A stretch of 64,000 bases of DNA, taken from NCBI GenBank assembly GCA_964537035.1, contig CAZIAK010000002.1, forward strand, positions 32,901 through 96,900. The letters run 5' to 3'. The notes under the pieces were generated by a model. It saw only the letters and a program-made list of their open reading frames with translations. It was not told the DNA's origin and did not search any database. The DNA is from an uncultured Phycisphaerales bacterium. GTDB lineage: Bacteria > Planctomycetota > B15-G4. Position numbers and translations under genes: made by a program. This document shows positions 20,662-28,602 of this stretch, piece by piece (the first letter of the stretch is position 1; the number at the start of each line of letters is the position of its first letter).

Positions 20662-22359
20662 ATGCACATTTTGGGGATCTCGGCCTTTCACGGCCCCTCC
20701 GCCGCCGCCTTGCTCCGGGACGGCGAGGCCATCGCCGCCCTGCCTGAAGAGCGGCTGACCCGCAAGCGCCACGACACGGCCTTTCCCTCCCGGGCCATTC
20801 GCTTCTGCCTCGATCAAGCCGGGCTCGAGTCGCGGCACCTCGACTACGCGGTCTTCTACGAGAAACCCCTGCGACGCTTCGAGCGCGTGCTGCTCAGCCA
20901 GCTCCGGGCCTTTCCCCGCTCGGCCAGGAGTTTCAGTCGCACCATGTTTCAGTGGCTCGGCGACCGACTCTGGATCAAGGGCCGCATCGCCGACGAGCTG
21001 GGCATCTCACCGGACAAGGTCCGCTTCGTCGAGCATCAACGCTCGTTGGCTGCCACCGCATACCTCACATCGCCGCACGATGAAGCGGCGCTGCTCATCG
21101 TGGGCGACGAGGGCGAGTGGGCCTGCACCTCTCTGGGGCGAGGCCAGAGCGGCCAGGTGACCCTTATCGAAGAGCTGTCCTTCCCCCACTCGCTGGGTCT
21201 GCTGACCGGCGCCATCACCCAGTTCTTGGGCTTCGAGAGCGGTCGAGGAGGCGAAGGGCGGGTCATGGAACTCGCTGCCCACGGGCAACCCCGCTTCCTC
21301 GACGTGTTCGAGCAGTGGCTGCAGCTCGATCCCGACGGCAGTTACGCCATCGACCCGGAGCCCTTCCGTTTCGACTTCGACTCCGAGCTGCTCTTCGGCG
21401 AAGGCGTGGTCGAGGCCCTGGGACCTCCCCGGGCGAGCAGTGCGGCCCTGCGCATGGCCGGCGACGACAGCCGCGACGCTGACGTCGCTGCAAGCCTGCA
21501 ACACGCGCTCGAAGCCGCCTTGCTGGGACTGGCTCGACGTCTCGCCGAGAAGGTGCCCCTGCCCCATCTCTGCCTGGGCGGTGAGGTGGCCAAGAACTCG
21601 CTGGCGGTCGGCCGGCTCCTGCGGGAAGGCCCCTTCGAGTCGGTGTTCGTTCCCGCAGCTCCAGGCGGCGAGGGCGCGGCCCTGGGTGCCGCCCTCACCT
21701 TGCACCACAACCTCGCCGGCGATGAGAGTTCGGCGCGGCGAGCCCGCAGCGCCCCCTGGTTGGGCGAGGCCATCCTCGAAGACCCTGACAACAGCGCTCA
21801 GGTGCTGGCCAACGACGACGACATCGTCGACGCCCTGCTGGCTCATCTGCTCGCTGGTCACACCGTGGGCTGGATGCGCGGGCGCAGCGAGTCCGGTCCC
21901 CACAGCCTGGGGCATCGCAGCATTCTCGCCGACCCTCGCAGCCCAGACGCAGCAGCCCACGTGCGAGGCAAGGTCAAGACTCGCGAGGGCTTCCGCGCTT
22001 TTCACCCTGCGGTGGCTGCCGAGAGCATGGACGAGTTCTTCGAGCTGCCCCCCGGCGGGCTGGACAGCGCCCGAGGCCTGCGCCTCTCTGCCCCTGCCAC
22101 GGACAGGGCCCGAGAGCTGGCACCGGCGGTCCTCCACGTCGATGGCTCGGCAAGGCCGCTGCCCGTCGACAAGGAGCGAGACCCGCTCTTTCACCGCTTG
22201 CTGGTGCGCTTCGGCGAAGAGACCGGCTGCCCCATGCTGCTGCACACATCGCTCAATGGTCGCGGCGAGCCCCTGGCGCGCACCGAGGTCGAAGCCCGTG
22301 ACCTCTTTGAGCGCACCGAGCTCGACGCCCTGATGGTGGAGTGCCGCCTCTACGAGTGA
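20662..22359 (+). CDS. Carbamoyltransferase of the NodU/CmcH family
   Basis: MHILGISAFHGPSAAALLRDGEAIAALPEERLTRKRHD N-terminus and full-length similarity across 565 aa. Confidence 0.9.
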   Translation: MHILGISAFHGPSAAALLRDGEAIAALPEERLTRKRHDTAFPSRAIRFCLDQAGLESRHLDYAVFYEKPLRRFERVLLSQLRAFPRSARSFSRTMFQWLGDRLWIKGRIADELGISPDKVRFVEHQRSLAATAYLTSPHDEAALLIVGDEGEWACTSLGRGQSGQVTLIEELSFPHSLGLLTGAITQFLGFESGRGGEGRVMELAAHGQPRFLDVFEQWLQLDPDGSYAIDPEPFRFDFDSELLFGEGVVEALGPPRASSAALRMAGDDSRDADVAASLQHALEAALLGLARRLAEKVPLPHLCLGGEVAKNSLAVGRLLREGPFESVFVPAAPGGEGAALGAALTLHHNLAGDESSARRARSAPWLGEAILEDPDNSAQVLANDDDIVDALLAHLLAGHTVGWMRGRSESGPHSLGHRSILADPRSPDAAAHVRGKVKTREGFRAFHPAVAAESMDEFFELPPGGLDSARGLRLSAPATDRARELAPAVLHVDGSARPLPVDKERDPLFHRLLVRFGEETGCPMLLHTSLNGRGEPLARTEVEARDLFERTELDALMVECRLYE

Positions 22360-22383
22360 GGCCGAGGCTCAGTGCGGGGCTGA

Positions 22384-22463
22384 CCGCGGGGCACGTTGCG
22401 AGACTCGGCGCCGGACTGGCCGCGGGGCACGTTGCGAGACTCGGCGCCGGACTGGCCGCGGGA
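22384..22463. repeat. 36-bp tandem duplication (two full copies plus a partial third) in the 113-bp gap between convergent genes
   Basis: ccgcggggcacgttgcgagactcggcgccggactgg occurs identically at 22384-22419 and 22420-22455, followed by ccgcggga. Confidence 0.8.
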
Positions 22464-22472
22464 GCGTCCCCC

Positions 22473-23438
22473 TTAGCGACGGCGCCGGGCCACGTAGCAG
22501 ACCAGCCCCGCGTCTTCATCCCCCAGCGAGAGCGCCCAGCCCACTCGGCGGGCGAACAGCCCCGGCCCAGCAGGTTCTGGCAAGGTGTCGAACATGTTCT
22601 CGTTGCCAGGCGCCGGCGGAATCGAGCGCACCCAGTCGAAGCCGCACTCTCCCAAGAGCTCGACCACTGCGGGGAAAGGCAGGCACCATTCGAGGGGATG
22701 GTGGTACTGGTCGGCGATCCAGGTGAGCTTCTTCTCCTCTTCGATGTCGCCGCGCCTCAAGATAGGGTCGAGCCAACGCACCGGCGCCTTGAACGCCCGC
22801 CCGAAGCCGCGACGCAGCCGATGGGGCATGCGCGCGATGGACTCGTAGAAGCCCAGCACCAGGACGCCTCCCGGGGCCACGTGGCGAGCGACCTGACGGG
22901 TGGCGCCCTTCCAGTCGGCGTTGTGATGCACGACTCCGCGGCAGTTGACCACGTCGAAGGCGCCTTCTGCCAGGGGCAGTGAGCGCAAGTCACCCCGCAA
23001 CAGCTGCAGGTTCTCGATGGACGCCCGCCCCTTGAACTCGCGGGCCAGGTCGAGGGAGGCGCGGCAGGCGTCGGCCCCCACCACCGTACGGCGAGACCCC
23101 GAGAGGGCCAGAAACGCGGCCAGCTGCCCTGTGCCGCAGCCCGCGTCGAGCACGGTGGCATCCGTGGGAATGGCCGCGTCGAGGCCGGCCAGAAAGGGCG
23201 AGGCGCGGCAGCGATCGATCAGGGTGCTCGCGTCGTCCCCAGAGCCGTAGCCGGGAAACGGGCGCGCCTCGTAGAAGCGATTGACCTCGGGATGAGGCAC
23301 GGGCCGACGACCGTCACCGAGAAAGTCGAGCAGCCCTGCGGTGTGCTCCGGAACCAGATCGCAGGCCTGGCACCGGGCTTTCGGCCCCAGCTCGCCCTGG
23401 CAACCGGGGCAGCGGAGCAGCTGAGTCAGCAAAGTCAT
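22473..23438 (-). CDS. Class I SAM-dependent methyltransferase with an N-terminal Trm112-like zinc ribbon
   Basis: MTLLTQLLRCPGCQGELG...CQAC zinc ribbon. SAM motif I VLDAGCGTGQLAAFLA. Motif post-I GADACRASLDLAR. Confidence 0.85.
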   Translation of the reverse strand: MTLLTQLLRCPGCQGELGPKARCQACDLVPEHTAGLLDFLGDGRRPVPHPEVNRFYEARPFPGYGSGDDASTLIDRCRASPFLAGLDAAIPTDATVLDAGCGTGQLAAFLALSGSRRTVVGADACRASLDLAREFKGRASIENLQLLRGDLRSLPLAEGAFDVVNCRGVVHHNADWKGATRQVARHVAPGGVLVLGFYESIARMPHRLRRGFGRAFKAPVRWLDPILRRGDIEEEKKLTWIADQYHHPLEWCLPFPAVVELLGECGFDWVRSIPPAPGNENMFDTLPEPAGPGLFARRVGWALSLGDEDAGLVCYVARRRR

Positions 23439-23573
23439 CGGGTGGCATCCCCTAGAGGGCATTGCAAGGGCAGCACGAATCACGATCACCGGATATGCTG
23501 GCGGCCCGAGTGGCTCGCTGCGCCCAGTGGTCTCTTGCCGCAGCGACCGTAGCACCTGAGGAGGACTTGCACT

Positions 23574-23759
23574 TTGGGAAGATTCTTTCGCCGCATGGCC
23601 AGCGGCCTCGGCACGGCCCGGGAGCTGCTGCGGTCACTCTGGAGCGGTCCTCATTGGTGGCTCGTGGTGGTCCTCCTGATCCTGCTCCCCGCGGCCACGA
23701 TCTTCGTGCTGCTGCAGGCCGCTCCCATGGTGGCGCCCTTCGTGTACACGCTCTTCTGA
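23574..23759 (+). CDS. Small membrane protein of the DUF5989 / SxtK-like family, usually found next to carbamoyltransferases
   Basis: The 61-aa product MGRFFRRMASGLGTARELLRSLWSGPHWWLVVVLLILLPAATIFVLLQAAPMVAPFVYTLF has one TM helix and the C-terminal PF[VI]YTLF signature of this family as I recall it. The family call is from memory, not from a search. Confidence 0.55.
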   Translation: MGRFFRRMASGLGTARELLRSLWSGPHWWLVVVLLILLPAATIFVLLQAAPMVAPFVYTLF

Positions 23760-23953
23760 GCCCTTGAGCCAGCAGAAACGACGCCCACGGAGTTTGTCTA
23801 CGGCTGAGCCGCGAGCTGGTCGATAGAGGCGAGGCTGCCAGACTCCGGCGGAGTGTGCCTTGCTCCTCTCAGCCTAGCGGCCGATGAGACAGCGGCCACG
23901 AACATCCTCTGACAGTGCGCCGCGCCCCCGGCTCCGACTTTGGGATGGACACC

Positions 23954-25462
23954 ATGCGCATGACTCTCCTGCCGACGCTGCTCGGCGCTCTGATGCTGCT
24001 CTCGACCTCGGCGACGGCCACGGGCGACCTGCACTGCTACTACGAGACCAGCCCCACGGGCTACAAGCTCACCTGCCAGCTCACCGGCGGAGCAGGGCCC
24101 GGCTTCGCCCTGCTGGCCTCCGTCGGCGGCGACGACTTCGCGCAGCCCGGTTCGATCATCGCCGGCATCACCACCCTCGATGGCAACGGCGACGGCAAGC
24201 TCGAGTTCGTCTTCCCTGCGGGCGTCGTGCCCCTGCCCGAGAACCTCTGGATCACCTTCGCGGCTGTGTACAAGAACCTGGGCACCGTGCTCACGCCCCA
24301 GGCTGACCTGGTGCTGGGCAAGGAGCTGTCCTGCGAAGGCCTCGACTTCAACCACAGCATTGGCAGCGACGACGCCATCGACATGGTCGCCGGTCGGGTC
24401 ATCGCCGAGCAGTGGGCCACCGTGGGCATGCACACCGCGGCAGTCAACACCAACGTGATGCACCCGGACAAGGCCATCCTGTTCGACACCGACAACCCCA
24501 CCGGTGGTGACCTCGACCTGGGCGTGAACCTGGGCATGGGCCTGATCATCGCCGAGGACGACTTCGACGGAAACAATGACGGCCTCGTCGACGACCCGGA
24601 CGACGAGCAGAAGGGCGGCTCGATCTTCTTTGACTTCGATATCCCCTCCACCGTCTGCTCCGTGCGCCTGGTGGACATCGACGAAAACCCGGGGACCATG
24701 CTGCGCTTCTACCGCAACGGCGATCTGGTCAACCCCACCGACTCCATGACGATTCTCTCGCTCGGTGACAGCGCCATCCAGGACGTCTTCTTCCACGAGG
24801 AGATGGTCGACCGCTTCGAGGTCTTCTTCAAGGGCTCGGGCTTGGTCCGCGGCGCCGAGGTCATCGTCTGCCCCCAGACCATCGACTTCGACGAGACCAC
24901 CCTGGGCGTCCCCCTCGGTTTCGCGGCGGGTCAGTGGGTCACCGATGACCTCGACCACCTGGGCATCACGGTCAGCGCCATCAACATGGGCACGGGCCCG
25001 GGCAACAACCACCCTGACAAGGCCATCCTGTTCGACACCGCCAATCCCACCGGCGGCGACTTCGACCTGATGACGCCCAACCCGAACAACCCCACCAACA
25101 ACACCGCCCTTGGCTACGTCTTCATCCTTGCCGAGGACGACTTCGACGGCAACAACGACGGCCTGGTCGACGACCCTGACGACGAGGCGGGTGGCGGCGA
25201 GATCCGCTTCGACTTCGACAAGGCGGTCACCTTCGACACGGTGCTGGTCCTCGACTGTGACGAGAACGAGGTGGACACCTTCCGCTTCTACGACGAGAAC
25301 GGCCTCGAGCTGGGGGCGTTCCTGATCCCCGACCTGCCCGACGGCTCGGTGCAGATGATCGACGTGGGTCTCGCAGGGGTCTACGCCGCGGTCATCGAGC
25401 TCGGTGGCTCAGGCGCCGTGGCCAAGCTGCGCTTCTGTCCGGATCCGATCAGCGACGAGTAG
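23954..25462 (+). CDS. Secreted protein with an internal duplication carrying thrombospondin-type-3-like Ca-binding motifs
   Basis: Signal peptide MRMTLLPTLLGALMLLSTSATA. Two copies of HPDKAILFDTxNPTGGDxDL...AEDDFDGNNDGLVDDPDDE (D-x-D-x-D-G-x-x-D). The minus ORF 23798..25012 is antisense. Confidence 0.7.
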   Translation: MRMTLLPTLLGALMLLSTSATATGDLHCYYETSPTGYKLTCQLTGGAGPGFALLASVGGDDFAQPGSIIAGITTLDGNGDGKLEFVFPAGVVPLPENLWITFAAVYKNLGTVLTPQADLVLGKELSCEGLDFNHSIGSDDAIDMVAGRVIAEQWATVGMHTAAVNTNVMHPDKAILFDTDNPTGGDLDLGVNLGMGLIIAEDDFDGNNDGLVDDPDDEQKGGSIFFDFDIPSTVCSVRLVDIDENPGTMLRFYRNGDLVNPTDSMTILSLGDSAIQDVFFHEEMVDRFEVFFKGSGLVRGAEVIVCPQTIDFDETTLGVPLGFAAGQWVTDDLDHLGITVSAINMGTGPGNNHPDKAILFDTANPTGGDFDLMTPNPNNPTNNTALGYVFILAEDDFDGNNDGLVDDPDDEAGGGEIRFDFDKAVTFDTVLVLDCDENEVDTFRFYDENGLELGAFLIPDLPDGSVQMIDVGLAGVYAAVIELGGSGAVAKLRFCPDPISDE

Positions 25463-25541
25463 GCCCTGCGCTCGCTGAGGCCCCCCTCTCTGCTTTGCGG
25501 CCCTGGGCCCGCAGAGGGCGGGGCCCGGCGAGGGTCGAAAC

Positions 25542-25618
25542 TGGTACACCCGAGAGGATTCGAACCTCTGACCTCCTGCTCCGGAGGCAGGCGCTCTATC
25601 CAGCTGAGCTACGGGTGC
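25542..25618 (-). tRNA. tRNA-Arg (anticodon CCG) with the CCA encoded
   Basis: The reverse complement GCACCCGTAGCTCAGCTGGATAGAGCGCCTGCCTCCGGAGCAGGAGGTCAGAGGTTCGAATCCTCTCGGGTGTACCA folds as a cloverleaf. Acceptor 7 bp with G1-U72. D stem GCTC/GAGC. Anticodon stem CCTGC/GCAGG with loop CUCCGGA. T stem AGAGG/CCTCT with loop TTCGAAT. Confidence 0.9.
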
Positions 25619-25715
25619 ACGCGAGTTTGCAGCGGGCCATGATCCGCGCCGACGCTCCTGGGTCAAGGGGCGCCATGGGAAGGGGCGGGATGGGCCCGCC
25701 CGGCCCCTGAAACAG

Positions 25716-26984
25716 CTACCGGCCGGCCGCGCTTCTGAAGCCGTCGTCCGTGCTGCCGCTGGCCATGTGTTCTCGCACCCAGCCCTCGCCGGACGTCTTC
25801 CACCACTGCTTCCAGGCGTCATTGGTGTCCCGCACGTCGGCGCCGGTCAGCTTTGCCAGGGAGCGCCTCAGCTGCTTGGTCTCGTGGCTGTAGGTGTAGC
25901 CGCCTCCCCCGCTGGCCCCGAAGATCTTGGCGTCGAGGGTCACCCCCTCCTGCAGGGTGCCGATGAGCGGGTCTGCGATGGCTGCGTTGGTGGCGATCTC
26001 GGCGTTGAAGCCCTGGACGTAGGCGATCTGGCGGCCCACGAAGATCGTCCCACGGGGGGCCACCTGCCCGCCCCCACCGCCGGGGGACAGGGTCGACAGG
26101 CGCAGGGCCAGGGGCTCGACGGCCGCTGCGAAACCCGTGAGACCCAGGCTCTGGGCCGCGTGGGTGCGCACCGTCGACGACGTGCTGGCCAGGGCTCGGG
26201 CCAGAGGATCGACCACCGACTCCTCGCCGGTGTCTCGCAAGGCCAGGGCAGCTTGAATGCGCACCTCGTCGGCGGGGTCGAGGACCGCCCGGCGGGTCAG
26301 CTCATCCACGGAGAAGCCAGGGAAGAGCCGTCGCAGGGCCAGGGCAGAGAAGCGTCGGCGCAGAGACTCCCGGCTCACCAGGCCTGCGGTGAGCTGGGGC
26401 TGGAGCGACCGGCGCTCAGCCAGGGGTAGGCGACTCAGCTCACGGACCACCAGCTCTTGCAGGGACGCCGGTGATCGGGCCGCGTAGTCGAGCAGGCCCG
26501 CCACGTCACCGCTCTCTTCGGTGCCCAGGCGGGGCACGCGCACGGGCAGGTCGTCCCGATCGAGCAGGCTCAAGGTGGCCGGGTCATCGGGCCCCTCGGC
26601 GAGCATGCGGTCGAGTTCTCCCAGGCCCTCGGTGTAGAAGCCGGTCTCCAGCATCCACTCCACCAGAGGCACACGCTCGGCGGGGGCGGCCTTGCGCAGC
26701 TCGCGCCGACGCACCGACAGCTCGGCCCGGGCGTCGTCCTCATCGCGCACGGACACGACCGCGCCCAGAGGCAGATCGACCCATGCGCCGTCTCGCTTCC
26801 ACGACCAGCGGCCGTCGTCGGCCCGGGTGGTCCCCCGCACCACCAGGCCTCCATGCAAGGTCAGCAGGCGCTGGGCGATGGGCTGGTGGTCATCGGGCGC
26901 CGCCTGCTGGGCCGCGGCGGGTGTGACCGCCACGATGAGTGTCAGTACTGCCACCAATGAGCTGCACCGCGCACGTATGGACAT
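25716..26984 (-). CDS. Secreted HEAT/PBS-lyase-like repeat protein
   Basis: Start MSIRARCSSLVAVLTLIVAVTPAAAQQ (signal peptide). HEAT-like repeats DEVRIQAALALRDTGEESVVDPLARALASTSSTVRTHAAQSLG. Confidence 0.65.
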   Translation of the reverse strand: MSIRARCSSLVAVLTLIVAVTPAAAQQAAPDDHQPIAQRLLTLHGGLVVRGTTRADDGRWSWKRDGAWVDLPLGAVVSVRDEDDARAELSVRRRELRKAAPAERVPLVEWMLETGFYTEGLGELDRMLAEGPDDPATLSLLDRDDLPVRVPRLGTEESGDVAGLLDYAARSPASLQELVVRELSRLPLAERRSLQPQLTAGLVSRESLRRRFSALALRRLFPGFSVDELTRRAVLDPADEVRIQAALALRDTGEESVVDPLARALASTSSTVRTHAAQSLGLTGFAAAVEPLALRLSTLSPGGGGGQVAPRGTIFVGRQIAYVQGFNAEIATNAAIADPLIGTLQEGVTLDAKIFGASGGGGYTYSHETKQLRRSLAKLTGADVRDTNDAWKQWWKTSGEGWVREHMASGSTDDGFRSAAGR

Positions 26985-27280
26985 CGCTTCACCTTCGCTG
27001 GGCTGGTGGCCCGTGCCGGGGGCGGGCCACGTGGAAATCCTAACCGTCACGAGACGGGACGGCGGCCAGTCTTCGGACAAACGGCCCCCGTGACGCCCAC
27101 CCGATCACTCGCGGTCCGTCGCCCCCGCTTGATCGCAGCCACCATCCCACCGAGAATCGCTGGCCTGGAGGGAGTTCGCTCGCCCTCCCGGCCAGACCCT
27201 GCCTGGCCGAAATATGGCCGGAAACACGGCCTGTCTTCGCCTCTCAGCCCTCCGCCGCTGCCCCACCCAGGACCCTCAGC

Positions 27281-27706
27281 ATGGCCACCACGAATGACTG
27301 CGCCGAGACCAGCGCCTTCCCCCAAGACCGCATGCCGGCCATCCGCCGGGTCATGCAGCCCCAGGACACCAACGCCCTGGGCTCGATCTTCGGCGGCGTG
27401 ATCTTGTCGGAGATCGACCTCGCGGCGGCCATCACGGCCCACCGCCTGCATCCCGATCGCATCGTCACCGTGGCCATGGACAAGATCGAGTTCAAAGAGC
27501 CGGTCTTCGTGGGCGACCTGGTCTCGCTCTTCGGCACGGTGACCCGAGTGGGTCGCACGTCGATCACCGTGGCCATCAGCGTCTGGGCCGAGCGGCGGCT
27601 CAGTGGCTATGACTGCTGCCTGGTCACCGAGGCCACCGTGACCATGGTGGCGGTGGCCGAGGACTTCCAACCCATCCCCGTGAGCCACCCCCACGCCCTC
27701 GACTGA
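27281..27706 (+). CDS. Acyl-CoA thioesterase, hotdog fold (YciA-like)
   Basis: The MQPQDTNALGSIFGGVILSEIDLAAAITA pattern is characteristic of YciA/ACOT hotdog thioesterases. Confidence 0.85.
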   Translation: MATTNDCAETSAFPQDRMPAIRRVMQPQDTNALGSIFGGVILSEIDLAAAITAHRLHPDRIVTVAMDKIEFKEPVFVGDLVSLFGTVTRVGRTSITVAISVWAERRLSGYDCCLVTEATVTMVAVAEDFQPIPVSHPHALD

Positions 27707-27743
27707 ACGGCAGCACTCGCCCCGGATACGCACCACCCAAGAC

Positions 27744-28529
27744 ATGAACAAACAGCCTCTCCCCGTCGTCGATCACGAAGCCTGGGACCCCCAGCTGGGC
27801 ACCCGGGTGCGAGGCATCCTCATGGCGCCGCTGCAGCTGCTCTTCGCCTTCGCCTTTCTGGCTCCGGTGGCGGGCTTGGCCTACGTGTACCCACAGTTCT
27901 GTCGCCGCCGCGCTCGCTGGATCATCGGCAACTGGGGACGGGTGCAGCTGGCCCTGCTGGGCATCAAGGTCGAGGTGCACGGCCTGGAGCACATCGCGAA
28001 ACCGGGCCCGGCGATCATGCTCTTCAATCATCAGAGCGTGCTCGACCTGCTGGTGGTGTCGTCGATCTGGCCCGAGAACGCCAAGGTGCTCTACAAGAAG
28101 GAGTTCCACGACATCCCCGTGCTCGGCAAGACCATGCACTCGCTGCAGATGATCTCCATCGACCGCAGCAACCGGGAGGCGGCCGTGGCCACCATGGCGG
28201 CGGCGGCGAAGACCATCACCGAGCATGACGTGAAGGTGTGTCTCGCCCCAGAGGGCACCCGCTCGCGCACAGACGGCATGCTGCCCTTCAAGCGCGGGCC
28301 GTTTCACATGGCCATCGACACCGGCGCGCCCATGATCCCGCTTGTTCTGCAAGGCATCCGCAAGGTGCTGCCACCGGGCAAGTTCTTCAGCCGCGCGGGC
28401 ACCATTCGCATCGACGTGCTGCCCCCCATCGACACCACGAGCTGGACCGTGGAGACCATCGACCAGCACATCGCTGACACCAGGGCCGTCTACACCGCGT
28501 ACGTGCCACCCCAGACAGAACCCAGCTGA
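27744..28529 (+). CDS. plsC: 1-acyl-sn-glycerol-3-phosphate acyltransferase (lysophospholipid acyltransferase)
   Basis: H-x4-D motif LFNHQSVLD. PEGTRS motif APEGTRSRTDG. N-terminal TM segment. Confidence 0.85.
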   Translation: MNKQPLPVVDHEAWDPQLGTRVRGILMAPLQLLFAFAFLAPVAGLAYVYPQFCRRRARWIIGNWGRVQLALLGIKVEVHGLEHIAKPGPAIMLFNHQSVLDLLVVSSIWPENAKVLYKKEFHDIPVLGKTMHSLQMISIDRSNREAAVATMAAAAKTITEHDVKVCLAPEGTRSRTDGMLPFKRGPFHMAIDTGAPMIPLVLQGIRKVLPPGKFFSRAGTIRIDVLPPIDTTSWTVETIDQHIADTRAVYTAYVPPQTEPS

Positions 28530-28602
28530 ACGAGACGAGCGCTCGTGACCCCGTGACCCCGTGAGCCTTTGCGCAGAATGCCGCGCGCCGAGCACAGGCT
28601 GG

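Noticed and set aside
21007-22245. 412-aa minus-strand ORF inside the carbamoyltransferase gene
   Set aside because: It is antisense to a confidently identified NodU/CmcH gene.
23915-23957. One-nucleotide disagreement between my direct coordinate reading and the ORF-track frame near 23915
   Set aside because: The ORF track is internally consistent (length and stop position). I therefore derived internal start codons from ORF-track coordinates and flagged sequence-read features as +/-1-2 nt.
23798-25012. 404-aa minus-strand ORF opposite the Ca-binding secreted protein gene
   Set aside because: The plus-strand product has a signal peptide and an exact internal domain duplication. The minus product is Asp/Val/Gly low-complexity.
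25463-25541. GC-rich imperfect dyad (ctctgc...gcagag around a ggccctgggccc core) between the secreted-protein stop and the tRNA 3' end; a possible bidirectional terminator
   Set aside because: The stem is short and imperfect and there is no T-run. This is not enough evidence to annotate a terminator.
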